From assembly GCA_964016885.1 (NCBI GenBank), contig CAXHJY010000427.1, positions 1 through 64,000 of the forward strand: DNA of 64,000 nt. The letters run 5' to 3'. The notes beneath the pieces were generated by a model that did not search any database, was not told the origin of the DNA, and saw nothing but the letters and a program-made list of their open reading frames with translations. Positions 14,891 through 28,745 of the stretch are shown piece by piece; the first letter of the stretch is position 1; the number at the start of each line of letters is the position of its first letter. A program made the translations under genes and the position numbers. This DNA is from Eledone cirrhosa (taxonomy: Eukaryota).

Positions 14891-15129
14891 ATATATATAT
14901 ATATATATATATATTGTTATATTTGGGGAGGGTCATATTTGCGTAATATTGCCAGAATTAATAACAGAACACACTCACTGTTTGGTTGGTTTTCGCTTCT
15001 CGCTGTCTTTTATATATATATATCTGCGATCTAACTTACTCGGTCCTTAATGTTGCCATTGACTGACCGGCGGTCAAAAATAATACAGATACAATATAGA
15101 CAAACACATATATATATAGTTTACATAAT

Positions 15130-15175
15130 TTACATAAATCTTTCGTTGCACATCTGCAACATCGTCAGTGGTGTT
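15130..15175 (-). ncRNA. Hammerhead core in the Penelope pseudo-LTR (family D)
   Basis: CTGACGA t gttgca-gatg-tgcaac GAAA about 265 nt after the ORF stop; stems I/III pair poorly in this copy. Confidence 0.6.
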
Positions 15176-15433
15176 ATATTCATTGTTCCTCCTGTTGTGT
15201 TGTATGTCTACGCCATTTTTTTTTGTTCAGTCTGTCTATATATTTATTTATTTATTTGCTTGTTTGTTTATCTTATTTTATTTTGTCTTCTTTGCGCATG
15301 CGTTTGCGTGTGTGTATAGTGTTATGTGTGATGTGTGACTAGTGTGTATAGTGTTGTGTCTGCTGGGTGACTAGTGTGTGTTTATGTGCTTGTGTATGTA
15401 TTTATTTATCTTATTTTATTTTATTTAATTTAC

Positions 15434-16984
15434 TTATACTTCTCTTAGGTCAGTGTTGTTTGTTTGGGTGTTGTTGTTGTTCCACTCATTCTTTCTGTTT
15501 AGCTTTGGTCTTCTAATTTCTATTTCACTGGCCTCTCTGATTTGCCTATCTGCTGGGTCATTCCTATGTTTAGATATTATTCTAATTTCTATGTTGTCTA
15601 TGTTACCGTCATGTTGTTGTCTAGCATGTTCGTATAGTACTGACCCGTTTTTTCGTCCTTTTAGTTCCCCCCAGTGTTGGTCTATCCTTTCACCTATGCT
15701 ACGAGCTGTCTCACCTATGTATGTTGTTGTCGTGTTTCTGCAAGTACCCTCTGTACATCTTATGCTATAGACTACGTTTCTAGTTTTACAGTTTATCCGG
15801 GGGTTCACCTTACATATGATACATTTCCTATTGGTACAGTGGGTTTTCTTAAAAGGGTAGGTTTTGCTGATCAGGGATTTTATGGTGGTTCCTGGCTTTT
15901 CTACCACCTTTATTTTTAAGTGGGTCTTTCTCAGGGCCTTTCTACACTGGTTAGCTAATTTCCCTCCAGGGGTGGCGTCCACAAACATGACACTCTGATA
16001 TCTCTGGTTGTCGTACCATGATGTGGCCTTCCCTATCTTATGTCTAGCCCTATCTAAGCTATTCCATGATTTGCTCCTGTATAGTGGGCAAATTCCTTTC
16101 ATGTCCAGTTCTATGAGGGTCTTATACTTTTCCATGGCTCCTTCGTATACTCTGACTCTGTCTCTTTGGTTGTAGCCAGAGAACTGCATGCGGTTGATGA
16201 AGTGTTGGATGTGTCCTTCCATTTCTGTTGGGTCGCACATGCTGGACACATTCTTCATCACTCGTACCAAATCTGCGATCAGAATATTAAACTTAGCACT
16301 ACTGGACATTGCTGAGTTTTTGAGTATCAGGTATTTGGAGGCCATGGGTTTAGCATAGTGTGAGTGGAGAATTTGGGCTCTCTCGTCTATAGTGTTAATC
16401 CAGAGTTCTGTGTCTAATACAGGTAGTCTATTGTTAGGGTGTTTGGAAGGGAAGTCTATAGTTACAGTTATACTCTGGTGTATGGAATTAGCTATCTGCT
16501 GGATGCTTTCCATCGTGCTACGTTCTAAATCAAACTTGTTAGTGCTCTCTAGTGGGGGTGTTCTTATAACTATATTGATATCGTCTACATAACGAGAGTA
16601 CATGATGAGGTCTATGGAGCTTTCATTAAGGAGATCTTTAAGTCTCCTTTCCCACCATACCATGAAAAGGTTGGCAACATCACCAGCTATGCTGACGCCG
16701 ATGGCTGCTCCCTCATTTTGGGTGTAGATTTTCTCATTGAACTTAAATATGTGGCCCTTTAGGGTAGTTTTGATACTAGCCCCTATTGCATGTGCGACCA
16801 TTTTTCTTACCTGATCAGTGTTTTGGGGGGTCCGTATAGCTTTGGTCCACCCAATCCACCTTCCTATGGGAGTCTTTTTAGCCATTGAGGTTATGGTGGG
16901 GGGTCTACCTCTTATAGGTCTACTAGGGCAGAAACATCTAAGGTCATGGCTGTCTAGGTAGTCAGTGTCGTAGGTAAGTCTAAG

Positions 16985-16987
<3 letters not shown>
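15434..16987 (-). CDS. Penelope-like reverse transcriptase + GIY-YIG endonuclease (N-terminally truncated)
   Basis: RT motifs YTQNEGAAIG, YSRYVDDI, LPVLD, HYAKP; CxxxxCxxC linker (CTNRKCIIC); NVVYSIRC...YIGETARSIGERIDQH and RQIREASEI...PKLNR of the PLE GIY-YIG nuclease. No stops or frameshifts. Confidence 0.93.
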
Positions 16988-17056
<69 letters not shown>

Positions 17057-17241
17057 TACAGACTAGGGAGAGGAAAGACTGTCTATTTTATCTAATAATT
17101 CTTCAAACTTGCAATTTTATATATAGCTCTGATTAATAATTATTTGCTTAATTAAATTTTTCATTGAGCCACACAGTGAAAGGTAGCCACACTCATATAT
17201 ATATCTGACTATGTCTAAATATATACATATATCCCTATGAA

Positions 17242-17336
<95 letters not shown>

Positions 17337-17698
17337 CATACATACAAACATACATAACACATACACACATACATACATATATACATTATACATTCATATC
17401 CACAAGCAAGGTAATGGTTGTTGCAGGTGTTTTTAGGAAAATTCCAGTTAATTTTTCTTTCTCCCTCAGCGTGTCTTGATTTGACCTTTGGGGTCAAGTT
17501 ATCCAAATTTCCAACACCCCCTCCTTCGCCACCTTCATACCTATACTACACTCTCCTCTTCCCACACCTCCTCCAAAATATACACACCACTTATCTCAAC
17601 ATTTCATGACTATGTATCAATTTTGCGTATAAATAATGTGATGTACATACATACATACATACATATATACATACATATATACACACATACATATATAA

Positions 17699-17818
<120 letters not shown>

Positions 17819-17906
17819 CATGTATATATAACTGATATATCTGTATATATGTATGTATGTGTATCAATATGATCTGTATATACGTATATATATTTGTTTA
17901 TATATT

Positions 17907-17971
<65 letters not shown>

Positions 17972-18622
17972 CTATGTGTATATGGATATATGTGTATTTA
18001 TATGTCTATAATTGAGAATGTAGTTTGTATAAGTGTATATGTATGAATGTATGTATGTATGTATCTGAGTAACTGTTCGTATAATTAGTTGTGATTGTTT
18101 CTCGGTGTGTATAACTATATGTAGTGTGTATAACTGTGTTGACTGCTCAATAGGAGAGCAACAACAACAACAACAACAACAACTACTAAAGTATACATCA
18201 TCAACGGCAGCACAGGTGTAACGCTTCAACACAATATACAATGGTAAAGAGTCACCGAACTATAAAGGAAAGAACACACATACATACAAGCACACACACA
18301 CACACACACACACACACAAGCACATACACATACAGAGAGAGAGGCAGAGGCATATACATACACAAATACTGACACAGACACACACATTCACAAACATACT
18401 CACTGACACACACTCACATACACATAGAGAATCACAAATATGTTTGCATATATATATATATATCACACACACACACACACAGACACAGACACACACGCTC
18501 ACTCACACACATTCATAGACATATACACACTCACACTCACATACCGAAGGAGAATCATATATATGTTTGCATATATATGTTTGCATATACATATATATAT
18601 ATATATATATACATATATATAT

Positions 18623-18675
<53 letters not shown>

Positions 18676-18807
18676 TAACACAAATAATTAATCACTTTTA
18701 AGAATATTTTCTTAACACATCCAGATATCTCATTAAATATCATTCTGATGATGATATCTAGTATATATGTCTATAGGAATATAATTCTGTTATGAAGCAG
18801 TGATTTC

Positions 18808-18955
18808 AGCGGTTCCCGGACCGGGTGATGCATTGTGTCCTTGAGCAAGACACTTTTTTTTCATGTTGCTCCTTCTGCCAGGAGTTGCGACAGTTAGATA
18901 GTATCAGCAGTTGGAAAGACCAATGGAAACATTGTTTCCTTGGTCCGATCTGACG
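18808..18955 (+). mobile_element. 5'-truncated tRNA-SINE variant
   Basis: Homologous to 5655-5803 (ggagttgcgac...gcagttggaaagac...ggaaacattgtttcct). Confidence 0.65.
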
Positions 18956-19029
18956 TGTTTCACCTCACTTGTTAAGCGAATGAGATGTGGGATCTTGCCG
19001 ATTCGGATAATTTACATATATATATGTAT

Positions 19030-19270
19030 CTTAGATTCTTCCACGCCGTTCGGCGCATCGAGCAGTAAGTAATGGCCAACGGTCACGATCAGCGGCAACT
19101 TTTTCGAGACCGTACCAGGTGATGTTGGCTGCCATCAGGTCCTTCCGGAACGTTCGTCGCCAGGCAACCCCGCCTCCGTTTACCGCCAGGCAGGCGGAGT
19201 CCAGTTCATCGCTGTTTTTGAATGCTGTTCTTTTTGCAGACGCAGAATATGGTTAGCCAGACGGCACCGA
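19030..19270 (-). mobile_element. RTE-type LINE 3' fragment, degraded
   Basis: Minus strand reads KTAMNWTP...WRRTFRKDLMAANITWYGLEKVAADRDRWPLLTARCAERRGRI*. Confidence 0.7.
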
Positions 19271-19407
19271 CGCTCCGTGTCCACTCCGTGTCCTCGTTTC
19301 GCACTCGGTTGCGCCAGGACACACGAAGGACATTCACAGGCACCGTTGGTGGAAAGCGTTCAACCGTCTCTCTAATTTTGCCGTACTCTATATATTATAT
19401 ATATATA

Positions 19408-19783
<376 letters not shown>

Positions 19784-19911
19784 CACATACACCATTTCAA
19801 TCTTATAGCCTGGTTTAATTGATTTTTTGTGTGGTTAATTGTGCTGATTGAGAATAGAGATGTTGTATATATATATATTATCAATTGATTCTCTGGACAT
19901 GTTTTACTCTA

Positions 19912-19980
<69 letters not shown>

Positions 19981-20117
19981 CAGAAGGGATATTCAATTTG
20001 TTGGTAATTCAACAAATATAAATGTTTATAACTGATTCAGAGCACTCGACAAGTTTTCTGGAGTATAATATTCAACGATATTAAATAAATGGAAACTGTA
20101 TTTATAAAACCATATTT

Positions 20118-20173
20118 ATTCTATTATATATATTTCAAGGGTACCAAAACTTTGGTACGCTTTCATCAGATAG
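20118..20173 (-). ncRNA. Inverted twin hammerhead motif (family E)
   Basis: Reverse complement of 20251-20304 with a 4-bp stem I (ctat/atag). Confidence 0.65.
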
Positions 20174-20244
20174 TCTATCCAAGGAAAACTTGAACCGTTA
20201 AGGTATTTTCCTTGGTTATGTCAACATTTATAAAACGCACTTCG

Positions 20245-20305
20245 TATTTTATCTGATGAAAGCGTACCAAAGTGTTGGTACCCTTGAAATATATATAATA
20301 GAATA
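20245..20305 (+). ncRNA. Type I hammerhead ribozyme motif (family E)
   Basis: Stem I tattttat/atagaata, CTGATGA, stem II gtaccaa-agtg-ttggtac, GAAA, palindromic TATATA, TA; predicted cut after 20297. Confidence 0.8.
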
Positions 20306-21656
20306 AATATGGTTTTATAAATATAGTTTCCATTTATTTAATATCATTGAATATATATGTTCAGACACGGAACAAAGCCGCTACCCAAGGTTTCAAGGCT
20401 CTCTTCCCAACTGAGCACTGGTAGTGGTGTTATTAGTGATGGGTAATTGTGATGGTTACGATGGATATCTGGTCAAAGACCTTTAAATTGTGACCATTCC
20501 ATCTTTCTTGTATGTACGGGCGAAACCAGGAAATTATCCACCACTACCACCACCACCAGCACCACCACCACTACCACCACCACCACCACCACCACCACCT
20601 TCATTACGATCACCACCAATACCACCACTACCACCACCACCGCCACTACCACCACCACTACCACTAACAACAACCATCACCACCACCACCAATTCCGCCC
20701 CACCCCACCCCACCACCGCCGCCACCACGACCCTCCTCCCCCCACCCTAGTATTTCCGGTTATCTACGTGTGACTAACTCTATAGCTGTCATGTTAAACA
20801 AGCCATTGTCCAGTCCAGCCTAGCAATACCTGTGTGTGTAATTAGAGTCCAAACGAACCACACTCAATTATCTCCCCATATTTGTCTCCCACGCCACCGC
20901 CACCCTGCTACCCGTCATTTAACCTTTCCTTGCCTTCGGGCTGTCTTCTGGCCGTGTTTCTTTAGAGCTTTGCGGCGGTCAACATATTTATATTGGTTGT
21001 AGTGGCGGTGGTGGGGGTGGTTGTGGGGGTGGTGTTGACGGTGGTAGTGGTAGTATAGTAGTTGTAGTGGTGGTGGTTGTGATGGTGGTAGTAGGGGGGG
21101 GGGGGGTTGTAGTTATAGTGGTGGTGGTTGTAATGATGGTGGTGGGGTTGTGGTAGTGGTAGTGGTAGTGGTAGTGGTGGTGGTTGTGATGGTCGTCGTA
21201 GTTTTAGTGGTGGTGGTGGTTTTGGTAATGATGGTGATGGTGGTGTTGGTGGTTTTGGTAATGATGGTGATGGTGGTGTTGGTGGTTTTTAAGGTGGTGG
21301 TGGTGGTGGAAGGATGTGTGACATCAGTAACAAAATGTAATAACAAATAACACCTGAGCGATGAAGGCGGTGGCAGTGACAGTGGAGGGGGGGGGGGTAG
21401 TGGTGGTGTTGGTGGCGGTGGTGGTGGTCAGCGAGTTTTCTAACGTTGTCTGTTTGGAGTTAGAATGAAGGGGTGGTGGTGGCTATAGTGGGGGTGGTGA
21501 TGTGAGGCGGGGAGGATACGTTCAGGTGACTATTCATGAATAAACACAGGTAAGTACACAAACATATAAACACACAAGCACACACGCATATACACACACA
21601 TATAGACACACATACACACACATATACACGCACACACATACATACATGCATATATA

Positions 21657-21722
<66 letters not shown>

Positions 21723-22309
21723 CGTGTGTGTGTGTGTTAAATGCATGTATCTATGTGTGTGTGTATATGTGTGCGTATGTGTGTCTATATGTGTGTGTGT
21801 GTATATACACTCACACACACTTACACAAACATACACATACACACACATACAATCGCAAATATAAGCATATACATACAGAGAAATCCACACACTCACAGAC
21901 ATACGCATACATGCACACAAACTCATATACACAGACATACAGCCCCCCCCCCCTCCCCCCCGCACACCGAGAAACACAAACACATGAGAACATTAACTAC
22001 AAAGTGCTTATCTCCCTTCTTACACATCTTTAATATATGAGTTTCATATATTAAACACGTGTTTTCCTCATGAAAGTTTTCACCCGTTTCTTTTCCTTTC
22101 TTACACTCGACTATCTTTCTTTTTCTTTTTCTTTCCCTTTCTCATTCTATCTTACGATAAGAGACTAACGTCCGAAATGTTGAAAAAATGTTCATCAATA
22201 TCAATCGTTAAACTAATTTATTTTATCATCTTACTCTATTGTTCTCCCGTATTGTTTTTCCGTGTTGACTTTTCTCAAACATATTTATAAAATAAAATGT
22301 CTGAAGCCT

Positions 22310-22788
22310 GTCTCGAACCCGGAGGTACATAAGGTCGGTTCTTATCCTGGTTTTCATAGCGTAAAGTGATTGAGAGTATAAGACTTCTCTGATAGACAAG
22401 ACGCCTGTCCATCGCAGGGTGATTGTGATGCTGGTGGTGGTGGTGGTTGTAATGGTGGTGGTAGTTGTAGTGGTGGTGGCTGTGATGGTGGTGGTTGTAA
22501 TGGTGGTGGTAGTAGTGGTGGTGGTTGTAGTTGTAGTGGTGGTGGTTGTGATGGTGAGGTTGATGGTAGTGGCGGGTGATTGTGATGGCGGTTGTGGGGG
22601 TGTTGGTTGTGATGGTGTGGTTGGTGGTAGTTGTAGTGGTGATGGTGGTGGTGGTGGTTGTGACGGTGGAGGTGGTGGTAGTGGGGGTGGGGGTAGTGGT
22701 AGTGGTGGGAGAACCCAGTCCAGGAATCGATCCCACGACATTATGATCGCGAGTGCAGCACATTTACCACTAGGCTCTACGGTTCCCC
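22310..22788 (-). mobile_element. tRNA-derived SINE (S1) interrupted by a (GGT)n-type microsatellite
   Basis: tRNA head at 22710-22788 and 3' domain accctgcgatggacaggcgtc...gaaaaccagg at 22310-22420 are collinear with 295-545. Confidence 0.7.
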
Positions 22789-23194
22789 AAACACATTTAT
22801 AGCTTCAATACTATATATAAAGCCAACAATTAGAAGCCTGTTTTATGTATCTTGTTTAATGGCATCAGTCAAACTATTCCTTTTCATGATTAGAATGGGC
22901 ATTTGACCCCTGTTTGTGTAGATCTACGATGTTAGGGTGATTGGGCCACGATTATACGTTCGTTATTTCAATTTCCGGTGGTCTATTTCCGGTATCTTTG
23001 AGTCAGAGATTTTACTTCACGGTGCTCAGCCCACTCAGCTGGAAAATCTGTAGTTGTACCAGTAATACAATAGGGTAGCTTTGCCATATATTGTGTCACG
23101 TGAAATCTTCCAGTTAACCTATTAATTTCACGAGAAAACTGTTCTGTCGGGCGACCAAATACATCACTAATCGTCGAAAACCGATGGCAGTGCA

Positions 23195-23271
<77 letters not shown>

Positions 23272-23295
23272 TGTGTGTGGGTGCGTGTGTGTATA

Positions 23296-23372
<77 letters not shown>

Positions 23373-23442
23373 TCATATATATATATGTATATATATATAT
23401 ATACATATAAGTATATATACATATATATATGTATATACATAA

Positions 23443-23488
<46 letters not shown>

Positions 23489-23904
23489 ATATATATATAC
23501 TACGTTGTGATATGTTGTGAGTGTTGTGTATGTATGTATGACTGTCAGTGTGTACGTATGTATGTAGGGGTGTTGCGGTGTATTGAGCTGTGATCATGTA
23601 AATCAACCACATACAATTCGTATACCACCCATCAAGCTGATCTTAATGGACTTCTCCGCTCTCTTACAAACCCATCAGCGTTGACAGCGTCTCGGTTTTG
23701 TTTTTGTCTTCTGTCTTTCTGAAGGTGTCTATGTGTTTTTGTGTGGATGTGTAGGCTAGTGAACGAATAGAGTTTAACTATGTTTGATGTATGTACATGT
23801 TGATATATATGTATATGTGTAAGTGTGTGAATGTGTGTGAGTGTGTGTACATATATATGTACATATATATGTATATGTATACATATATGTGTATATATAT
23901 ATGA

Positions 23905-23970
<66 letters not shown>

Positions 23971-24048
23971 CAGATTAAAGTTTAAGCAAAGAATCGCTGC
24001 TTTCAACCTTAATATATAATAATGTCCATAACACTTTTATATATATAT

Positions 24049-24163
24049 AACGAAGGAAATGTGGTAAGGAACCAAGTGGACCATAACGCACCAAAGTACT
24101 CAATACTTAGGGTAGTAGAGTGGGTAATAGGAACAAGTAAGACCCCGGGGTCTTACTTGTTCC

Positions 24164-24165
<2 letters not shown>
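24049..24165 (-). mobile_element. Family A element, perfect palindrome at the predicted cleavage site
   Basis: ...ggaacaagtaagacccc|ggggtcttacttgttcc; (TA)n both sides. Confidence 0.85.
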
Positions 24166-24210
<45 letters not shown>

Positions 24211-24556
24211 CTGTGTGTGTGTAATAAAGAAACTCTGGAGAAAAGGGAACAGAAGACACAGAAGATACAAACCCAAGGACGATTTTCGCTCAACAGCTGT
24301 CTTCTGTGGATCATTATAATTTCGAATACATTAAAGACAGAACTATTCACCATAGTGTATTGATAAGTAGACTCGGATAGCTATTTGGGCAGAAAACAAA
24401 CAAAAACAACAAAGATATACCGATAAGGACCGCAAAATGTTACACTCGAAGGCATCAGAGATTAGTATGGTTAGTAACCTCAAGAAAGGGAAATAATTAA
24501 TCTAAGTTGATAGGGCATTGCTGTGACCCTCTCTCTCTTTCTCTCTAGTATATAAA

Positions 24557-24612
<56 letters not shown>

Positions 24613-24614
24613 CA

Positions 24615-24646
<32 letters not shown>

Positions 24647-24714
24647 AATTTGGAGGCGGTAAAAACCAGTAAGACCATTACTCACCAGTAGTAGATCTAG
24701 CCGTTTCAACAATG

Positions 24715-25028
24715 TTTACCATTGAGTGACCAACGGTCAAAAATACAGATGTAATATAGATATAAACACATATATATAGTCTAACAAACTTCTTTCGTTG
24801 CACATCTGCAACATCGTCAGTGGTGCTATTATGTTCCTCCTGTTGTATTGTAAACATTGAGGACCCAAAGAATTAACTGATATAAAAGATACAGAAGCGA
24901 AAACCAACCAAACAGTGAGTGTGTTCTGTTATTAATTCTGGCAATATTATTACAACAATATGACCCTCCCCAAGTATACAAGTATAACAATATTTGTTTC
25001 ATATCAAAAACCTCGCAAAACAAATTCA
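24715..25028. mobile_element. Family D pseudo-LTR with internal inversion
   Basis: 24715-24850 (hammerhead part) is minus, 24851-25028 (3' tail) is plus. Confidence 0.78.
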
Positions 25029-25041
25029 TCGCCGTTACATA

Positions 25042-25231
25042 TGGCGGTGGATTGGCAGTATCGGTAGAGGGTCGGACGCCATGCTTTGACGCATAGAGTT
25101 ATGGCCCTTGCCATTCTGAGTTCAAATCCCGCCGAGGTTAACTTTGCCTTTCATCCTTACGGGGTCGATAAAATAAAGTACCAGTAATGTACTGGTTAAT
25201 TTCTGGCCTTGTGCCAATAGTAGAAACAGTT
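25042..25231 (+). mobile_element. Octopus/Ceph-type tRNA SINE (S2), full length
   Basis: ggcggtggattggcag A-box region, gagttcaaatcc B box, conserved core, tail ggccttgtgccaa..tagaaac. Confidence 0.85.
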
Positions 25232-25314
25232 ATATATATAGATATATATATATAACCAAAAGATGGTTAAAAGAGTTCCATGTATTTTATTATGCGCATT
25301 TCAAAAACAAATAT

Positions 25315-25355
<41 letters not shown>

Positions 25356-25359
25356 AGTG

Positions 25360-25393
<34 letters not shown>

Positions 25394-25401
25394 TGTGAGT
25401 G

Positions 25402-25434
<33 letters not shown>

Positions 25435-25480
25435 TTATATATATGTATATATATATATGTGTGTGTGTGAGTGTATATAT

Positions 25481-25519
<39 letters not shown>

Positions 25520-25534
25520 ACGTATATATATATG

Positions 25535-25598
<64 letters not shown>

Positions 25599-25607
25599 CA
25601 GACAGAC

Positions 25608-25648
<41 letters not shown>

Positions 25649-25991
25649 CTCTACAGTAAGCAAGATGTAGTTCAAAGGTCGCAATGTCTGCTATCGGTTA
25701 TGAATGGTGGCCGGCACCTTTGATAAAGATTTTAAGTAAACTTACGTCAGGTAGAAGGAACACTATTGTTGTTGTGTGAGTGGTGTCGGTGGTGATGGTG
25801 GTGGTGGTGATGGTGGTGGTGGTGTCGGTGGTGTCAGTGGTGATAGTGGTGGTGGTGGTGGTGTCGGTGGTGATAGTAACTTCTACTGACTTAATGAATA
25901 ATATACAGTCAAGTGACGACAAATGACATTTCATTCTGTTCAAAACATACACGTATCCTATATGTATGTATATATGTATTTATATATGTAT

Positions 25992-26065
<74 letters not shown>

Positions 26066-26117
26066 ATATGTATATATATATATATAAATATATATAAATA
26101 TATACATATACACACAG

Positions 26118-26148
<31 letters not shown>

Positions 26149-26277
26149 CATATACACACAGACACACATATATATATATACATATACTTAGAGAGAGAGA
26201 AAGAAAGAAAGAGTGAGAGAGAGGGAGAAAAATCAATACATTACATAAATACACCAAATTCCATAATTGAAAGATCA

Positions 26278-26421
26278 ATATTTATTTTGTAATTTACACG
26301 TGTTTCGTTAATATATAAACGACTGCATCTAATCCAGTGTAGATATCTGGATGTTTCGACTTCAAATATGCTGCTAAATATCAATTTATCAAAGTAGAAC
26401 AATGTTTTTATTCATACAAGG

Positions 26422-26477
<56 letters not shown>

Positions 26478-26632
26478 GAATAAAAATGTGTTCTACTTTG
26501 ATAAGTTCTAAACTCATGATTCAGCATATCTAAAGTCAAATTATTGTGATATCTACACCGGATTAGCGATTCTAGATGTAATCGTTTATATATTAATGAA
26601 AAAACGTGTAACTTACGAAATAATAAAAAATA
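26278..26632. repeat. Diverged inverted repeat around a (TA)n tract
   Basis: ttatcaaagtagaaca/tgttctactttgataa, gtgtagatatc/gatatctacac, ttaatatataaacga/tcgtttatatattaa. Confidence 0.75.
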
Positions 26633-27013
26633 ACAACACTGCTGCTACTATGTCTACTCACCTCTCTCTCTCTATACACAAAAACTGATTCTCCAGTCCC
26701 CTTCTGAGCAAGGAAGATGGAAAAAAAAACTTACTCCAACACTTAATATTAAATCTTTAATTTTTAGTTTTTAATTCTTATTAATTCTTTTTAAGTGTAG
26801 TACTCAACATTTGATCAGATGAATTTTACTAATACATCGAACCTGGTAATACTTTATATATTTTATATACATTATAAAACTGTTTGTTAAAAGAATTGTC
26901 CCTCTCATTTTTTCAATAATGTCATCTTTCAATAATGTCACTTTGACGAATCAAAGAAAGAAAAAAGAAGAAAAACAGACCCTAAACTATATTTTCCGTG
27001 CTATTTCCAGCTT

Positions 27014-27096
<83 letters not shown>

Positions 27097-27119
27097 AGGC
27101 GAAGCTGGAAATATATATA

Positions 27120-27233
<114 letters not shown>

Positions 27234-27516
27234 TATATATATATATATATATGTTTATATATATATATATATACATATATATATGTGTTTATATATATAT
27301 ATATATATGTTTATATATATATCTGTTGTTTGGAGCTATATTGGTCACATGTTCCACCCCACCCTAGCCACATCATATCTCTCGTCTTTCAAATAGTTCA
27401 ACATTATGTATTCACTGACTTCATATGTAGCTTTTATATGGACACCTTGTAGTGGCTAGTATAATGTTGCTTGTGTACTTAACACAAATACTACTCAAAA
27501 GGCACTTATATCTACG

Positions 27517-27552
<36 letters not shown>

Positions 27553-27720
27553 TATATATGTACATATTATTTATATATATATGTGTGTGTGTGTGTAGGT
27601 ATGCATATTGTCTATAATAATGTGTATTGAAGGAGATTTGTATAATTTGAATGTGTAGCAAGTGTTTAAATATCTATGTGCGTGTATGTGTATTTATATA
27701 GATATATAAGTATGTGCAAT

Positions 27721-27826
<106 letters not shown>

Positions 27827-28060
27827 GCATCCTTTCATTCATACATACATGCACACATACATATATAGTATGTCTTTATACGTGAATAAATATGCGTATA
27901 TTTGTCTTTATTTAGATGTTCGCTTTTTGTTATTCTTTATCTATTTTTACAAAGTTTTCCTTTTCTTCTCGTTTGTCAAATACTGTCAGTGATCAACACG
28001 ACAACCACCACTACGACGACCTACAACGGTACTGAAATACCAATCAACCATCTTCTATAC

Positions 28061-28225
28061 TAGGTATGGGCAACCTTTTGCGAGCAGTGGGCCGCATAGG
28101 ATGTAGCTTATCAAAGGCCGGGCCGCATTTCTACAAACATTCTAGGCAATTTTGAAATTAGTTGTGCCATTCAGAACGCCAAACCGGCTGCATGCTGCTC
28201 ACCGGTCGCAGTTTGCCCACGACTG
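28061..28225. mobile_element. hAT-type MITE
   Basis: Termini taggtatgggcaa / ttgcccacgactg, internal gggccgca repeats, 8-bp flanking duplication ttctatac / ttctattc (7 of 8). Confidence 0.75.
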
Positions 28226-28458
28226 TTCTATTCAGTCGTTCAACCGCCTACAAATAGCAACTAAATACCCAACACTACGATAACTTATATATCCCATCAC
28301 CTTTCAAAATGATTAGATACATTGTACGGTATCGTCTCTGATATAAAAATAGATGGGATTGTCATGCTTGGAACACACGATTCAAATGTATTCGCTGGCA
28401 TATCTACGTTTATGGATTAGGACAATGGGATTGATAAGTTAATATCTGTATACAACAA

Positions 28459-28745
28459 CTACAACGGTACGCGATGGGGCCCACCCACAGCCCCGGCGGA
28501 CAGAATGGAGAAGGCGTTTCCCCGGAGGACGGCAAGAGAGACACGTTGGAAGAGCCACTCCAACTCGCGGGGCTCACACCTGCGGCTGACCAGCTCAGCG
28601 CCTATGGTGGTGAGTAAGGAGGTAGCCCTGGGGCCGAGGACACCAGAACTCTCCACTGCCAGGGGTACGACCGCAAACCTGTCGGAGAGCGACCAGTATT
28701 TGAGGAGTTTGGCCCCCTCAGCTCGACATGCAGCAGAACCTGCTT
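28459..28745 (-). mobile_element. CRE-like non-LTR retrotransposon C-terminal fragment
   Basis: AGSAACRAEGAKLLKYWSLSDRFAVVPLAVESSGVLGP...LFQRVSLAVLRGNA matches the CRE-type RLE tail (K..KY, P.a.Es.G, fQR.S.a..RGNA). Confidence 0.8.

Larger units (their letters stand above)
14913..16987 (-). mobile_element. Penelope-like retroelement, 5'-truncated, with 3' pseudo-LTR containing a hammerhead core
   Basis: Open frame of about 515 aa after removing the (TA)n-derived N-terminus; both ends abut (TA)n; downstream 14913-15225 recurs elsewhere as solo copies. Confidence 0.93.

Noticed and set aside
16988-17056. N-terminus of the 540-aa ORF
   Set aside because: Read-through into (TA)n; not part of the Penelope protein.
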